Shown: positions 21,401 through 35,300 of the stretch, one piece after another | Layout of the letters: every line of letters starts with the position of its first letter | Position numbering within the stretch: the stretch's first letter is position 1 | From: Eledone cirrhosa | Taxonomy: Eukaryota | Direction of reading: 5' to 3' | Assembly: GCA_964016885.1 (NCBI GenBank) | Contig: OZ024742.1 | Location: 375,658,001 to 375,722,000, forward strand | Length of the DNA: 64,000 nucleotides | Translations under genes and position numbers: made by a program | Notes under the pieces: model-generated | What the model was told of the DNA's origin: nothing | The model's input: only the letters and a program-made list of their open reading frames with translations | Database searches by the model: none

Positions 21401-24400
21401 AGCAGGGAGGTAAGGAAGTCCTCCTGTCTATCTAGACACTCACTAGAGAGCAGGGAGGTATGGAAGGTCTTCTGTCTATCTACACACCCAGTAGAGAGGA
21501 GGGAGGTATGTAAGGTCTCCTGTCTATCTAGACACTCAGTAGAGAGTAGGGAGGTCGCCTGTCTATCTAGACACTCAGTAGAGAGCAGGGACGTATGGAA
21601 GGTCTCCTGACTATCTACACACCCAGTAGAGAGGAGGGAGGTATGTAAGGTCTCCTGTCTATCTAGACACTCAGTAGAGAGTAGGGAGGTCTCCTGTCTA
21701 TCTAGACACTCACTAGAGAGCAGGGAGGTATGGAAGGTCTCCTGTCTATCTAGACAGTCAGTAGAGCGCAGGGAGGTACGGAAGTTCTCCTGTCTATCTA
21801 GAAACTCACTAGAGAGTACGGGGGTATAGAAGGTATCCTGTCTATCTAGACACTCAGTAGAGAGCAGGGAGGTATGTAAGATTTCCTGTCTATCTAGACA
21901 CTCACTAGAGAGTAGGGAGATAAGGAAGGTCTCCTGTCTATCTAGACACTCAGTAGAGAGCAGGAAGGTCTCCTGTCTATCTAGACACTGAGTAGAGAGC
22001 AGGGAGGTATGGAAGTTCTCCTGTCTATCCAGACACTAAGGAGAGAGCAGGCAGGTATGGAAGGTCTCCTGTCTATCTAGACACTCAGTAGAGAGCAGGG
22101 AGGTACGGAAGGTCTCCTGTCTATCTAGACACTCAGTAGAGAGCAGGAAGTTCTCCTGTCTATCTAGACACTCAGTAGAGAGCAGGGAGGTATGGAAGGT
22201 CTCCCGACTATCTACACACCCAGTAGAGAGGAGGGAGGTATGTAAGGTCTCCTGTCTATCTAGACACTCAGTAGAGAGTAGGGAGGTCTCCTGTCTATCT
22301 AGACACTCAGGAGAGAGTAGGGAGATATGGAAGGTCTCCTGTCTATCTAGACACTCACTAAAGAGCAGGGAGATATGGAAGGTCTCCTGTCTATCTAGAC
22401 ACTCAGGAGAGAGTAGGGAGATATGCAAGGTCTCCTGTCTATCTAGACACTCAGTAGAGGGCTGGGAGGTCTCCTGTCTATCTAGACACTGAGTAGAGAG
22501 CAGAGAGGTATGGAAGGTCTCATGTCTATCTAGACACTCACTAGAGAGCAGGGAGGTATGGAAGGTCTCCTGTCTATCCAGACACTCACTAGAGAGCAGG
22601 GACGTATGGAAGGTCTCCTGTCTATCTAGACACTCAGTAGAGAGCAGGGAGGTATGGAGGGTCTCCTGTCTAACTAGAGACTCACTAGAGAGCAGGGAGG
22701 TATGGAAGGTCTCCTGTCTATCTAGACACTCAGGAGAGCAGGGAGATATGGAAGGTCTCCTGTCTATCTAGACACTCATTAGAGAGCAGGGAGGTATGTA
22801 AGGTCTCCTGTCTATCTAGACACTCAGTAGAGAGTAGGGAGGTCTCCTGTCTATCTAGACACTCAGTAGAGAGCAGGGACGTATGGAAGGTCTCCTGACT
22901 ATCTACACACCCAGTAGAGAGGAGGGAGCTATGTAAGGTCTCCTGTCTATCTAGACACTCAGTAGAGAGTAGGGAGGTCTCCTGTCTATCTAGACATTCA
23001 CTAGAGAGCAGGGAGGTATGGAAGGTCTCCTGTCTATCTAGACAGTCAGTAGAGCGCAGGGAGGTACGGAAGTTCTCCTGTCTATCTAGAAACTCACTAG
23101 AGAGTACGGGGGTATAGAAGGTATCCTGTCTATCTAGACACTCAGTAGAGAGCAGGGAGGTATGTAAGATTTCCTGTCTATCTAGACACTCACTAGAGAG
23201 TAGGGAGATAAGGAAGATCTCCTGTCTATCTAGAAACTCAGTAGAGAGCAGGAAGGTCTCCTGTCTATCTAGACACTGAGTAGAGAGCAGGGAGGTATGG
23301 AAGTTCTCCTGTCTATCCAGACACTCACTAGAGACAGGGACTTATGGAAGGTCTCCTGTCTATCTAGACACTCAGTAGAAAGCAGGGAGGTACGGAAGGT
23401 CTCCTGTCTATCTAGAGACTCACTAGAGAGCAGGGAGGTATGGAAGGTCTCCTGTCTATCTAGACACTCAGGAGGGCAGGGAGATATGGAAGGTCTCCTG
23501 TCTATCTAGACACTCACTAGAGAGTAGGGAGGTATGGAAGGTCTCCTGTCTGTCTAGACACTCAGTAGAGAGCAGGGAGGTATGGAAGGTCTCCTGCCTA
23601 TCTAGAAACTCACTAGAGAGCAGGGAGGTATGGAAGTTCTCCTGTCTATCTAGACACCCACTAGAGAGCAGGGAGGTATGGAAGGTCTCCTGTCTATCTA
23701 CACACCCAGTAGAGAGGAGGGAGGTATGTAAGGTCTCCTGCCTATCTAGACACTCAGTAGAGAGTAGGGAGGTCTCCTGTCTATCTAGACACTGAGTAGA
23801 GAGCAGGGAGGTATGGAAGTTCTCCTGTCTATCCAGACAGTAAGGAGAGCAGGCAGGTATGGAAGGTCTCCTGTCTATCTAGACACTCAGTAGAGAGCAG
23901 GGAGGTATGGAAGGTCTCCTGCCTATCTAGAAACTCACTACAGAGCAGGGAGGTATGGAAGTTCTCCTGTCTATCTAGACACTCAGTAGAGAGCAGGAAG
24001 TTCTCCTGTCTATCTAGACACTCAGTAGAGAGCAGGGAGGTAGGGAAGGTCTCCCGACTATCTACACACCCAGTAGAGAGGAGGGAGGTATGTGAGGTCT
24101 CCTGCCTATCTAGACACTCAGTAGAGAGTAGGGAGATATGGAAGGTCTCCTGTCTATCTAGACACTCACTAGAGAGCAGGGCGGTATGGAAAGTCTCCTG
24201 CCTATGTAGACACTCAGTAGAGAGCAGGGAGGTATGAAAGGTCTCCTGTCTATCTAGACACTCACTAGAGAGCAGGGAGGTATGGAAGGTCTCCTGTCTA
24301 TCTAGACACTCACTAGAGAGCAGGGAGGTATGGAAGGTCTCCTGTCTATCTAGACACTCAGTAGAGAGCAGGGAGGTATGGAAGGTCTCCTGTCTATCTA

Positions 24401-27400
24401 GACACTCACTAGAGAGCAGGGCGGTATGGAAAGTCTCCTGTCTGTCTAGACACTCACTAGAGAGCAGGGAGGTATGGAAGGTCTCCTGTCTATCTAGACA
24501 CTCACTAGAGAGCAGGGAGGTATGGAAGGTCTCCTGTCTATCTAGACACTCAGTAGAGAGCAGGGAGGTATGGAAGGTCACCTGTCTATCTAGACACTCA
24601 GGAGAGCAGGGAGATATGGAAGGTCTCCTGTCTATTTAGACACTCAGTAGAGAGCAGGGAGGTATGGAAGGTCTCCTGTCTATCTAGACACTCAGAAGAG
24701 AGCAGGGAGGTATGGAATGTCTCCTGACTATCTAGACACTCAGTAGAGAGCAGGGAGGTATGGAAGGTCTCCTACTATCTAGACACTCACTAGAGAGCAG
24801 GGAGGTACGGAAGGTCTCCTGTCTATCTAGACACTCAGGAGAGAGTAGGGAGATATGGAAGGTCTCCTTTCTATCTAGACACTCACTAGAGAGCAGCGAG
24901 GTATGGAAGGTCTCCTGCCTATCTAGACACTCACTACACAGCAGGGAGGTATGGAAGGTCTCCTGTCTATCTACACACCCAGTAGAGAGGAGGGAGGTAT
25001 GTAAGGTCTCCTGTCTATCTAGACACTCAGTAGAGAGCAGGGAGGTATGGAAGGTCTCCTATCTATCTAGACACTCACTAGAGAGCAGGGAGGTATGTAA
25101 TGTCCCTTGTCTATCTAGACACTCAGTAGAGAGTAGGGAGATACGGAAGGTCTCCTGTCTATCTAGACACTCAGGAGAGAGTAGGGAGATATGGAAGGTC
25201 TCCTGTCTATCTAGACACTCAGTAGAGAGCAGGGAGGTATGGAAGTTCTCCTGTCTATCCAGACACTCACTAGAGAGCAGGGAGGTATGGAAGGTCTCCT
25301 GTCTATCTAGACACTCATTAGAGAGCAGGGAGGTATGGAAGGTCTCCAGTCTATCTAGACACTCACTAGAGAGCAGGGAGGTATGGAAGGTCTCCTGTCT
25401 ATTTAGACACTTAGTAGAGAGAAGGGAGGTATGGAAGGTCTCCTGTCTATCTAGACACTCACTAGAAAGCAGGGAGGTACGGAAGGTCTCCTGTCTATCT
25501 AGACACTCAGGAGAGTAGAGAGATATGGAAGGTCTCCTGTCTATCTAGACACTCACTAGAGAGCAGGGAGGTATGGAAGGTCTCCTGTCTATCTAGACAC
25601 TCAGTAGAGAGCAGGGAGGTATGGAAGGTCTCCTGCTTATCTAGAAACTCACTAGAGAGCAGGGAGGTAAGGAAGTCCTCCTGTCTATCTAGACACTCAC
25701 TAGAGAGCAGGGAGGTATGTAAGATTTCCTGTCTATCTAGACACTCACTAGAGAGTAGGGAGATAAGGAAGGTCTCCTGTCTATCTAGACACTCAGTAGA
25801 GAGCAGGAAGGTCTCCTGTCTATCTAGACACTGAGTAGAGAGCAGGGAGGTATGGAAGTTCTCCTGTCTATCCAGACACTAAGGAGAGAGCAGGCAGGTA
25901 TGGAAGGTCTCCTGTCTATCTAGACACTCAGTAGAGAGCAGGGAGGTACGGAAGGTCTCCTGTCTATCTAGACACTCAGTAGAGAGCAGGAAGTTCTCCT
26001 GTCTATCTAGACACTCAGTAGAGAGCAGGGAGGTATGGAAGGTCTCCCGACTATCTACACACCCAGTAGAGAGGAGGGAGGTATGTAAGGTCTCCTGTCT
26101 ATCTAGACACTCAGTAGAGAGTAGGGAGGTCTCCTGTCTATCTAGACACTCAGGAGAGAGTAGGGAGATATGGAAGGTCTCCTGTCTATCTAGACACTCA
26201 CTAAAGAGCAGGGAGATATGGAAGGTCTCCTGTCTATCTAGACACTCAGGAGAGAGTAGGGAGATATGCAAGGTCTCCTGTCTATCTAGACACTCAGTAG
26301 AGGGCTGGGAGGTCTCCTGTCTATCTAGACACTGAGTAGAGAGCAGAGAGGTATGGAAGGTCTCATGTCTATCTAGACACTCACTAGAGAGCAGGGAGGT
26401 ATGGAAGGTCTCCTGTCTATCCAGACACTCACTAGAGAGCAGGGACGTATGGAAGGTCTCCTGTCTATCTAGACACTCAGTAGAGAGCAGGGAGGTATGG
26501 AGGGTCTCCTGTCTAACTAGAGACTCACTAGAGAGCAGGGAGGTATGGAAGGTCTCCTGTCTATCTAGACACTCAGGAGAGCAGGGAGATATGGAAGGTC
26601 TCCTGTCTATCTAGACACTCATTAGAGAGCAGGGAGGTATGTAAGGTCTCCTGTCTATCTAGACACTCAGTAGAGAGTAGGGAGGTCTCCTGTCTATCTA
26701 GACACTCAGTAGAGAGCAGGGACGTATGGAAGGTCTCCTGACTATCTACACACCCAGTAGAGAGGAGGGAGCTATGTAAGGTCTCCTGTCTATCTAGACA
26801 CTCAGTAGAGAGTAGGGAGGTCTCCTGTCTATCTAGACATTCACTAGAGAGCAGGGAGGTATGGAAGGTCTCCTGTCTATCTAGACAGTCAGTAGAGCGC
26901 AGGGAGGTACGGAAGTTCTCCTGTCTATCTAGAAACTCACTAGAGAGTACGGGGGTATAGAAGGTATCCTGTCTATCTAGACACTCAGTAGAGAGCAGGG
27001 AGGTATGTAAGATTTCCTGTCTATCTAGACACTCACTAGAGAGTAGGGAGATAAGGAAGATCTCCTGTCTATCTAGAAACTCAGTAGAGAGCAGGAAGGT
27101 CTCCTGTCTATCTAGACACTGAGTAGAGAGCAGGGAGGTATGGAAGTTCTCCTGTCTATCCAGACACTCACTAGAGACAGGGACTTATGGAAGGTCTCCT
27201 GTCTATCTAGACACTCAGTAGAAAGCAGGGAGGTACGGAAGGTCTCCTGTCTATCTAGAGACTCACTAGAGAGCAGGGAGGTATGGAAGGTCTCCTGTCT
27301 ATCTAGACACTCAGGAGGGCAGGGAGATATGGAAGGTCTCCTGTCTATCTAGACACTCACTAGAGAGTAGGGAGGTATGGAAGGTCTCCTGTCTGTCTAG

Positions 27401-30400
27401 ACACTCAGTAGAGAGCAGGGAGGTATGGAAGGTCTCCTGCCTATCTAGAAACTCACTAGAGAGCAGGGAGGTATGGAAGTTCTCCTGTCTATCTAGACAC
27501 CCACTAGAGAGCAGGGAGGTATGGAAGGTCTCCTGTCTATCTACACACCCAGTAGAGAGGAGGGAGGTATGTAAGGTCTCCTGCCTATCTAGACACTCAG
27601 TAGAGAGTAGGGAGGTCTCCTGTCTATCTAGACACTGAGTAGAGAGCAGGGAGGTATGGAAGTTCTCCTGTCTATCCAGACAGTAAGGAGAGCAGGCAGG
27701 TATGGAAGGTCTCCTGTCTATCTAGACACTCAGTAGAGAGCAGGGAGGTATGGAAGGTCTCCTGCCTATCTAGAAACTCACTACAGAGCAGGGAGGTATG
27801 GAAGTTCTCCTGTCTATCTAGACACTCAGTAGAGAGCAGGAAGTTCTCCTGTCTATCTAGACACTCAGTAGAGAGCAGGGAGGTAGGGAAGGTCTCCCGA
27901 CTATCTACACACCCAGTAGAGAGGAGGGAGGTATGTGAGGTCTCCTGCCTATCTAGACACTCAGTAGAGAGTAGGGAGATATGGAAGGTCTCCTGTCTAT
28001 CTAGACACTCACTAGAGAGCAGGGCGGTATGGAAAGTCTCCTGCCTATGTAGACACTCAGTAGAGAGCAGGGAGGTATGAAAGGTCTCCTGTCTATCTAG
28101 ACACTCACTAGAGAGCAGGGAGGTATGGAAGGTCTCCTGTCTATCTAGACACTCACTAGAGAGCAGGGAGGTATGGAAGGTCTCCTGTCTGTCTAAACAC
28201 TCACTAGAGAGCAGGGAGGTATGGAAGGTCTCCTGTCTATCTAGACACTCACTAGAGAGCAGGGAGGTATGGAAGGTCTCCTGTCTATCTAGACACTCAG
28301 TAGAGAGCAGGGAGGTATGGAAGGTCTCCTGTCTATCTAGACACTCACTAGAGAGCAGGGCGGTATGGAAAGTCTCCTGTCTGTCTAGACACTCACTAGA
28401 GAGCAGGGAGGTATGGAAGGTCTCCTGTCTATCTAGACACTCACTAGAGAGCAGGGAGGTATGGAAGGTCTCCTGTCTATCTAGACACTCAGTAGAGAGC
28501 AGGGAGGTATGGAAGGTCACCTGTCTATCTAGACACTCAGGAGAGCAGGGAGATATGGAAGGTCTCCTGTCTATTTAGACACTCAGTAGAGAGCAGGGAG
28601 GTATGGAAGGTCTCCTGTCTATCTAGACACTCAGAAGAGAGCAGGGAGGTATGGAATGTCTCCTGACTATCTAGACACTCAGTAGAGAGCAGGGAGGTAT
28701 GGAAGGTCTCCTACTATCTAGACACTCACTAGAGAGCAGGGAGGTACGGAAGGTCTCCTGTCTATCTAGACACTCAGGAGAGAGTAGGGAGATATGGAAG
28801 GTCTCCTTTCTATCTAGACACTCACTAGAGAGCAGCGAGGTATGGAAGGTCTCCTGCCTATCTAGACACTCACTACACAGCAGGGAGGTATGGAAGGTCT
28901 CCTGTCTATCTACACACCCAGTAGAGAGGAGGGAGGTATGTAAGGTCTCCTGTCTATCTAGACACTCAGTAGAGAGCAGGGAGGTATGGAAGGTCTCCTA
29001 TCTATCTAGACACTCACTAGAGAGCAGGGAGGTATGTAATGTCCCTTGTCTATCTAGACACTCAGTAGAGAGTAGGGAGATACGGAAGGTCTCCTGTCTA
29101 TCTAGACACTCAGGAGAGAGTAGGGAGATATGGAAGGTCTCCTGTCTATCTAGACACTCAGTAGAGAGCAGGGAGGTATGGAAGTTCTCCTGTCTATCCA
29201 GACACTCACTAGAGAGCAGGGAGGTATGGAAGGTCTCCTGTCTATCTAGACACTCATTAGAGAGCAGGGAGGTATGGAAGGTCTCCAGTCTATCTAGACA
29301 CTCACTAGAGAGCAGGGAGGTATGGAAGGTCTCCTGTCTATTTAGACACTTAGTAGAGAGAAGGGAGGTATGGAAGGTCTCCTGTCTATCTAGACACTCA
29401 CTAGAAAGCAGGGAGGTACGGAAGGTCTCCTGTCTATCTAGACACTCAGGAGAGTAGAGAGATATGGAAGGTCTCCTGTCTATCTAGACACTCACTAGAG
29501 AGCAGGGAGGTATGGAAGGTCTCCTGTCTATCTAGACACTCAGTAGAGAGCAGGGAGGTATGGAAGGTCTCCTGCTTATCTAGAAACTCACTAGAGAGCA
29601 GGGAGGTAAGGAAGTCCTCCTGTCTATCTAGACACTCACTAGAGAGCAGGGAGGTATGGAAGGTCTTCTGTCTATCTACACACCCAGTAGAGAGGAGGGA
29701 GGTATGTAAGGTCTCCTGTCTATCTAGACACTCAGTAGAGAGTAGGGAGGTCGCCTGTCTATCTAGACACTCAGTAGAGAGCAGGGACGTATGGAAGGTC
29801 TCCTGACTATCTACACACCCAGTAGAGAGGAGGGAGGTATGTAAGGTCTCCTGTCTATCTAGACACTCAGTAGAGAGTAGGGAGGTCTCCTGTCTATCTA
29901 GACACTCACTAGAGAGCAGGGAGGTATGGAAGGTCTCCTGTCTATCTAGACAGTCAGTAGAGCGCAGGGAGGTACGGAAGTTCTCCTGTCTATCTAGAAA
30001 CTCACTAGAGAGTACGGGGGTATAGAAGGTATCCTGTCTATCTAGACACTCAGTAGAGAGCAGGGAGGTATGTAAGATTTCCTGTCTATCTAGACACTCA
30101 CTAGAGAGTAGGGAGATAAGGAAGGTCTCCTGTCTATCTAGACACTCAGTAGAGAGCAGGAAGGTCTCCTGTCTATCTAGACACTGAGTAGAGAGCAGGG
30201 AGGTATGGAAGTTCTCCTGTCTATCCAGACACTAAGGAGAGAGCAGGCAGGTATGGAAGGTCTCCTGTCTATCTAGACACTCAGTAGAGAGCAGGGAGGT
30301 ACGGAAGGTCTCCTGTCTATCTAGACACTCAGTAGAGAGCAGGAAGTTCTCCTGTCTATCTAGACACTCAGTAGAGAGCAGGGAGGTATGGAAGAACTCC

Positions 30401-33400
30401 CGACTATCTACACACCCAGTAGAGAGGAGGGAGGTATGTAAGGTCTCCTGTCTATCTAGACACTCAGTAGAGAGTAGGGAGGTCTCCTGTCTATCTAGAC
30501 ACTCAGGAGAGAGTAGGGAGATATGGAAGGTCTCCTGTCTATCTAGACACTCACTAAAGAGCAGGGAGATATGGAAGGTCTCCTGTCTATCTAGACACTC
30601 AGGAGAGAGTAGGGAGATATGCAAGGTCTCCTGTCTATCTAGACACTCAGTAGAGGGCTGGGAGGTCTCCTGTCTATCTAGACACTGAGTAGAGAGCAGA
30701 GAGGTATGGAAGGTCTCATGTCTATCTAGACACTCACTAGAGAGCAGGGAGGTATGGAAGGTCTCCTGTCTATCCAGACACTCACTAGAGAGCAGGGACG
30801 TATGGAAGGTCTCCTGTCTATCTAGACACTCAGTAGAGAGCAGGGAGGTACAGAGGGTCTCCTGTCTAACTAGAGACTCACTAGAGAGCAGGGAGGTATG
30901 GAAGGTCTCCTGTCTATCTAGACACTCAGGAGAGCAGGGAGATATGGAAGGTCTCCTGTCTATCTAGACACTCATTAGAGAGCAGGGAGGTATGTAAGGT
31001 CTCCTGTCTATCTAGACACTCAGTAGAGAGTAGGGAGGTCTCCTGTCTATCTAGACACTCAGTAGAGAGCAGGGACGTATGGAAGGTCTCCTGACTATCT
31101 ACACACCCAGTAGAGAGGAGGGAGGTATGTAAGGTCTCCTGTCTATCTAGACACTCAGTAGAGAGTAGGGAGGTCTCCTGTCTATCTAGACATTCACTAG
31201 AGAGCAGGGAGGTATGGAAGGTCTCCTGTCTATCTAGACAGTCAGTAGAGCGCAGGGAGGTACGGAAGTTCTCCTGTCTATCTAGAAACTCACTAGAGAG
31301 TACGGGGGTATAGAAGGTATCCTGTCTATCTAGACACTCAGTAGAGAGCAGGGAGGTATGTAAGATTTCCTGTCTATCTAGACACTCACTAGAGAGTAGG
31401 GAGATAAGGAAGATCTCCTGTCTATCTAGAAACTCAGTAGAGAGCAGGAAGGTCTCCTGTCTATCTAGACACTGAGTAGAGAGCAGGGAGGTATGGAAGT
31501 TCTCCTGTCTATCCAGACACTCACTAGAGACAGGGACTTATGGAAGGTCTCCTGTCTATCTAGACACTCAGTAGAAAGCAGGGAGGTACGGAAGGTCTCC
31601 TGTCTATCTAGAGACTCACTAGAGAGCAGGGAGGTATGGAAGGTCTCCTGTCTATCTAGACACTCAGGAGGGCAGGGAGATATGGAAGGTCTCCTGTCTA
31701 TCTAGACACTCACTAGAGAGTAGGGAGGTATGGAAGGTCTCCTGTCTGTCTAGACACTCAGTAGAGAGCAGGGAGGTATGGAAGGTCTCCTGCCTATCTA
31801 GAAACTCACTAGAGAGCAGGGAGGTATGGAAGTTCTCCTGTCTATCTAGACACCCACTAGAGAGCAGGGAGGTATGGAAGGTCTCCTGTCTATCTACACA
31901 CCCAGTAGAGAGGAGGGAGGTATGTAAGGTCTCCTGCCTATCTAGACACTCAGTAGAGAGTAGGGAGGTCTCCTGTCTATCTAGACACTGAGTAGAGAGC
32001 AGGGAGGTATGGAAGTTCTCCTGTCTATCCAGACAGTAAGGAGAGCAGGCAGGTATGGAAGGTCTCCTGTCTATCTAGACACTCAGTAGAGAGCAGGGAG
32101 GTATGGAAGGTCTCCTGCCTATCTAGAAACTCACTACAGAGCAGGGAGGTATGGAAGTTCTCCTGTCTATCTAGACACTCAGTAGAGAGCAGGAAGTTCT
32201 CCTGTCTATCTAGACACTCAGTAGAGAGCAGGGAGGTAGGGAAGGTCTCCCGACTATCTACACACCCAGTAGAGAGGAGGGAGGTACGTGAGGTCTCCTG
32301 CCTATCTAGACACTCAGTAGAGAGTAGGGAGATATGGAAGGTCTCCTGTCTATCTAGACACTCACTAGAGAGCAGGGCGGTATGGAAAGTCTCCTGCCTA
32401 TGTAGACACTCAGTAGAGAGCAGGGAGGTATGAAAGGTCTCCTGTCTATCTAGACACTCACTAGAGAGCAGGGAGGTATGGAAGGTCTCCTGTCTATCTA
32501 GACACTCACTAGAGAGCAGGGAGGTATGGAAGGTCTCCTGTCTGTCTAAACACTCACTAGAGAGCAGGGAGGTATGGAAGGTCTCCTGTCTATCTAGACA
32601 CTCACTAGAGAGCAGGGAGGTATGGAAGGTCTCCTGTCTATCTAGACACTCAGTAGAGAGCAGGGAGGTATGGAAGGTCTCCTGTCTATCTAGACACTCA
32701 CTAGAGAGCAGGGCGGTATGGAAAGTCTCCTGTCTGTCTAGACACTCACTAGAGAGCAGGGAGGTATGGAAGGTCTCCTGTCTATCTAGACACTCACTAG
32801 AGAGCAGGGAGGTATGGAAGGTCTCCTGTCTATCTAGACACTCAGTAGAGAGCAGGGAGGTATGGAAGGTCACCTGTCTATCTAGACACTCAGGAGAGCA
32901 GGGAGATATGGAAGGTCTCCTGTCTATTTAGACACTCAGTAGAGAGCAGGGAGGTATGGAAGGTCTCCTGTCTATCTAGACACTCAGAAGAGAGCAGGGA
33001 GGTATGGAATGTCTCCTGACTATCTAGACACTCAGTAGAGAGCAGGGAGGTATGGAAGGTCTCCTACTATCTAGACACTCACTAGAGAGCAGGGAGGTAC
33101 GGAAGGTCTCCTGTCTATCTAGACACTCAGGAGAGAGTAGGGAGATATGGAAGGTCTCCTTTCTATCTAGACACTCACTAGAGAGCAGCGAGGTATGGAA
33201 GGTCTCCTGCCTATCTAGACACTCACTACAGAGCAGGGAGGTATGGAAGGTCTCCTGTCTATCTACACACCCAGTAGAGAGGAGGGAGGTATGTAAGGTC
33301 TCCTGTCTATCTAGACACTCAGTAGAGAGCAGGGAGGTATGGAAGGTCTCCTATCTATCTAGACACTCACTAGAGAGCAGGGAGGTATGTAATGTCCCTT

Positions 33401-35300
33401 GTCTATCTAGACACTCAGTAGAGAGTAGGGAGATACGGAAGGTCTCCTGTCTATCTAGACACTCAGGAGAGAGTAGGGAGATATGGAAGGTCTCCTGTCT
33501 ATCTAGACACTCAGTAGAGAGCAGGGAGGTATGGAAGTTCTCCTGTCTATCCAGACACTCACTAGAGAGCAGGGAGGTATGGAAGGTCTCCTGTCTATCT
33601 AGACACTCATTAGAGAGCAGGAAGGTATGGAAGGTCTCCAGTCTATCTAGACACTCACTAGAGAGCAGGGAGGTATGGAAGGTCTCCTGTCTATTTAGAC
33701 ACTTAGTAGAGAGCAGGGAGGTATGGAAGGTCTCCTGTCTATCTAGACACTCACTAGAAAGCAGGGTGGTACGGAAGGTCTCCTGTCTATCTAGACACTC
33801 AGGAGAGCAGGGAGATATGGAAGGTCTCCTGTCTATCTAGACACTCACTAGAGAGCAGGGAGGTATGGAAGGTCTCCTGTCTATCTAGACACTCAGTAGA
33901 GAGCAGGGAGGTATGGAAGGTCTCCTGCCTATCTAGAAACTCACTAGAGAGCAGGGAGGTAAGGAAGTCCTCCTGTCTATCTAGACACTCACTAGAGAGC
34001 AGGGAGGTATGGAAGGTCTTCTGTCTATCTACACACCCAGTAGAGAGGAGGGAGGTATGTAAGGTCTCCTGTCTATCTAGACACTCAGTAGAGAGTAGGG
34101 AGGTCGCCTGTCTATCTAGACACTCAGTAGAGAGCAGGGACGTATGGAAGGTCTCCTGACTATCTACACACCCAGTAGAGAGGAGGGAGGTATGTAAGGT
34201 CTCCTGTCTATCTAGACACTCAGTAGAGAGTAGGGAGGTCTCCTGTCTATCTAGACACTCACTAGAGAGCAGGGAGGTATGGAAGGTCTCCTGTCTATCT
34301 AGACAGTCAGTAGAGCGCAGGGAGGTACGGAAGTTCTCCTGTCTATCTAGAAACTCACTAGAGAGTACGGGGGTATAGAAGGTATCCTGTCTATCTAGAC
34401 ACTCAGTAGAGAGCAGGGAGGTATGTAAGATTTCCTGTCTATCTAGACACTCACTAGAGAGTAGGGAGATAAGGAAGGTCTCCTGTCTATCTAGACACTC
34501 AGTAGAGAGCAGGAAGGTCTCCTGTCTATCTAGACACTGAGTAGAGAGCAGGGAGGTATGGAAGTTCTCCTGTCTATCCAGACACTAAGGAGAGAGCAGG
34601 CAGGTATGGAAGGTCTCCTGTCTATCTAGACACTCAGTAGAGAGCAGGGAGGTACGGAAGGTCTCCTGTCTATCTAGACACTCAGTAGAGAGCAGGAAGT
34701 TCTCCTGTCTATCTAGACACTCAGTAGAGAGCAGGGAGGTATGGAAGGTCTCCCGACTATCTACACACCCAGTAGAGAGGAGGGAGGTATGTAAGGTCTC
34801 CTGTCTATCTAGACACTCAGTAGAGAGTAGGGAGGTCTCCTGTCTATCTAGACACTCAGGAGAGAGTAGGGAGATATGGAAGGTCTCCTGTCTATCTAGA
34901 CACTCACTAAAGAGCAGGGAGATATGGAAGGTCTCCTGTCTATCTAGACACTCAGGAGAGAGTAGGGAGATATGCAAGGTCTCCTGTCTATCTAGACACT
35001 CAGTAGAGGGCTGGGAGGTCTCCTGTCTATCTAGACACTGAGTAGAGAGCAGAGAGGTATGGAAGGTCTCATGTCTATCTAGACACTCACTAGAGAGCAG
35101 GGAGGTATGGAAGGTCTCCTGTCTATCCAGACACTCACTAGAGAGCAGGGACGTATGGAAGGTCTCCTGTCTATCTAGACACTCAGTAGAGAGCAGGGAG
35201 GTACGGAGGGTCTCCTGTCTAACTAGAGACTCACTAGAGAGCAGGGAGGTATGGAAGGTCTCCTGTCTATCTAGACACTCAGGAGAGCAGGGAGATATGG
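18500..35300. repeat. Higher-order repeat of ~3.9-4.35 kb, about 4 tandem copies
   Basis: Rare marker GGTCACCT at 20319, 24576, 28515 and 32868 (spacing 4257, 3939, 4353); identical ORF-track peptides at 19043, 23297, 27140 and 31493. Confidence 0.9.
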
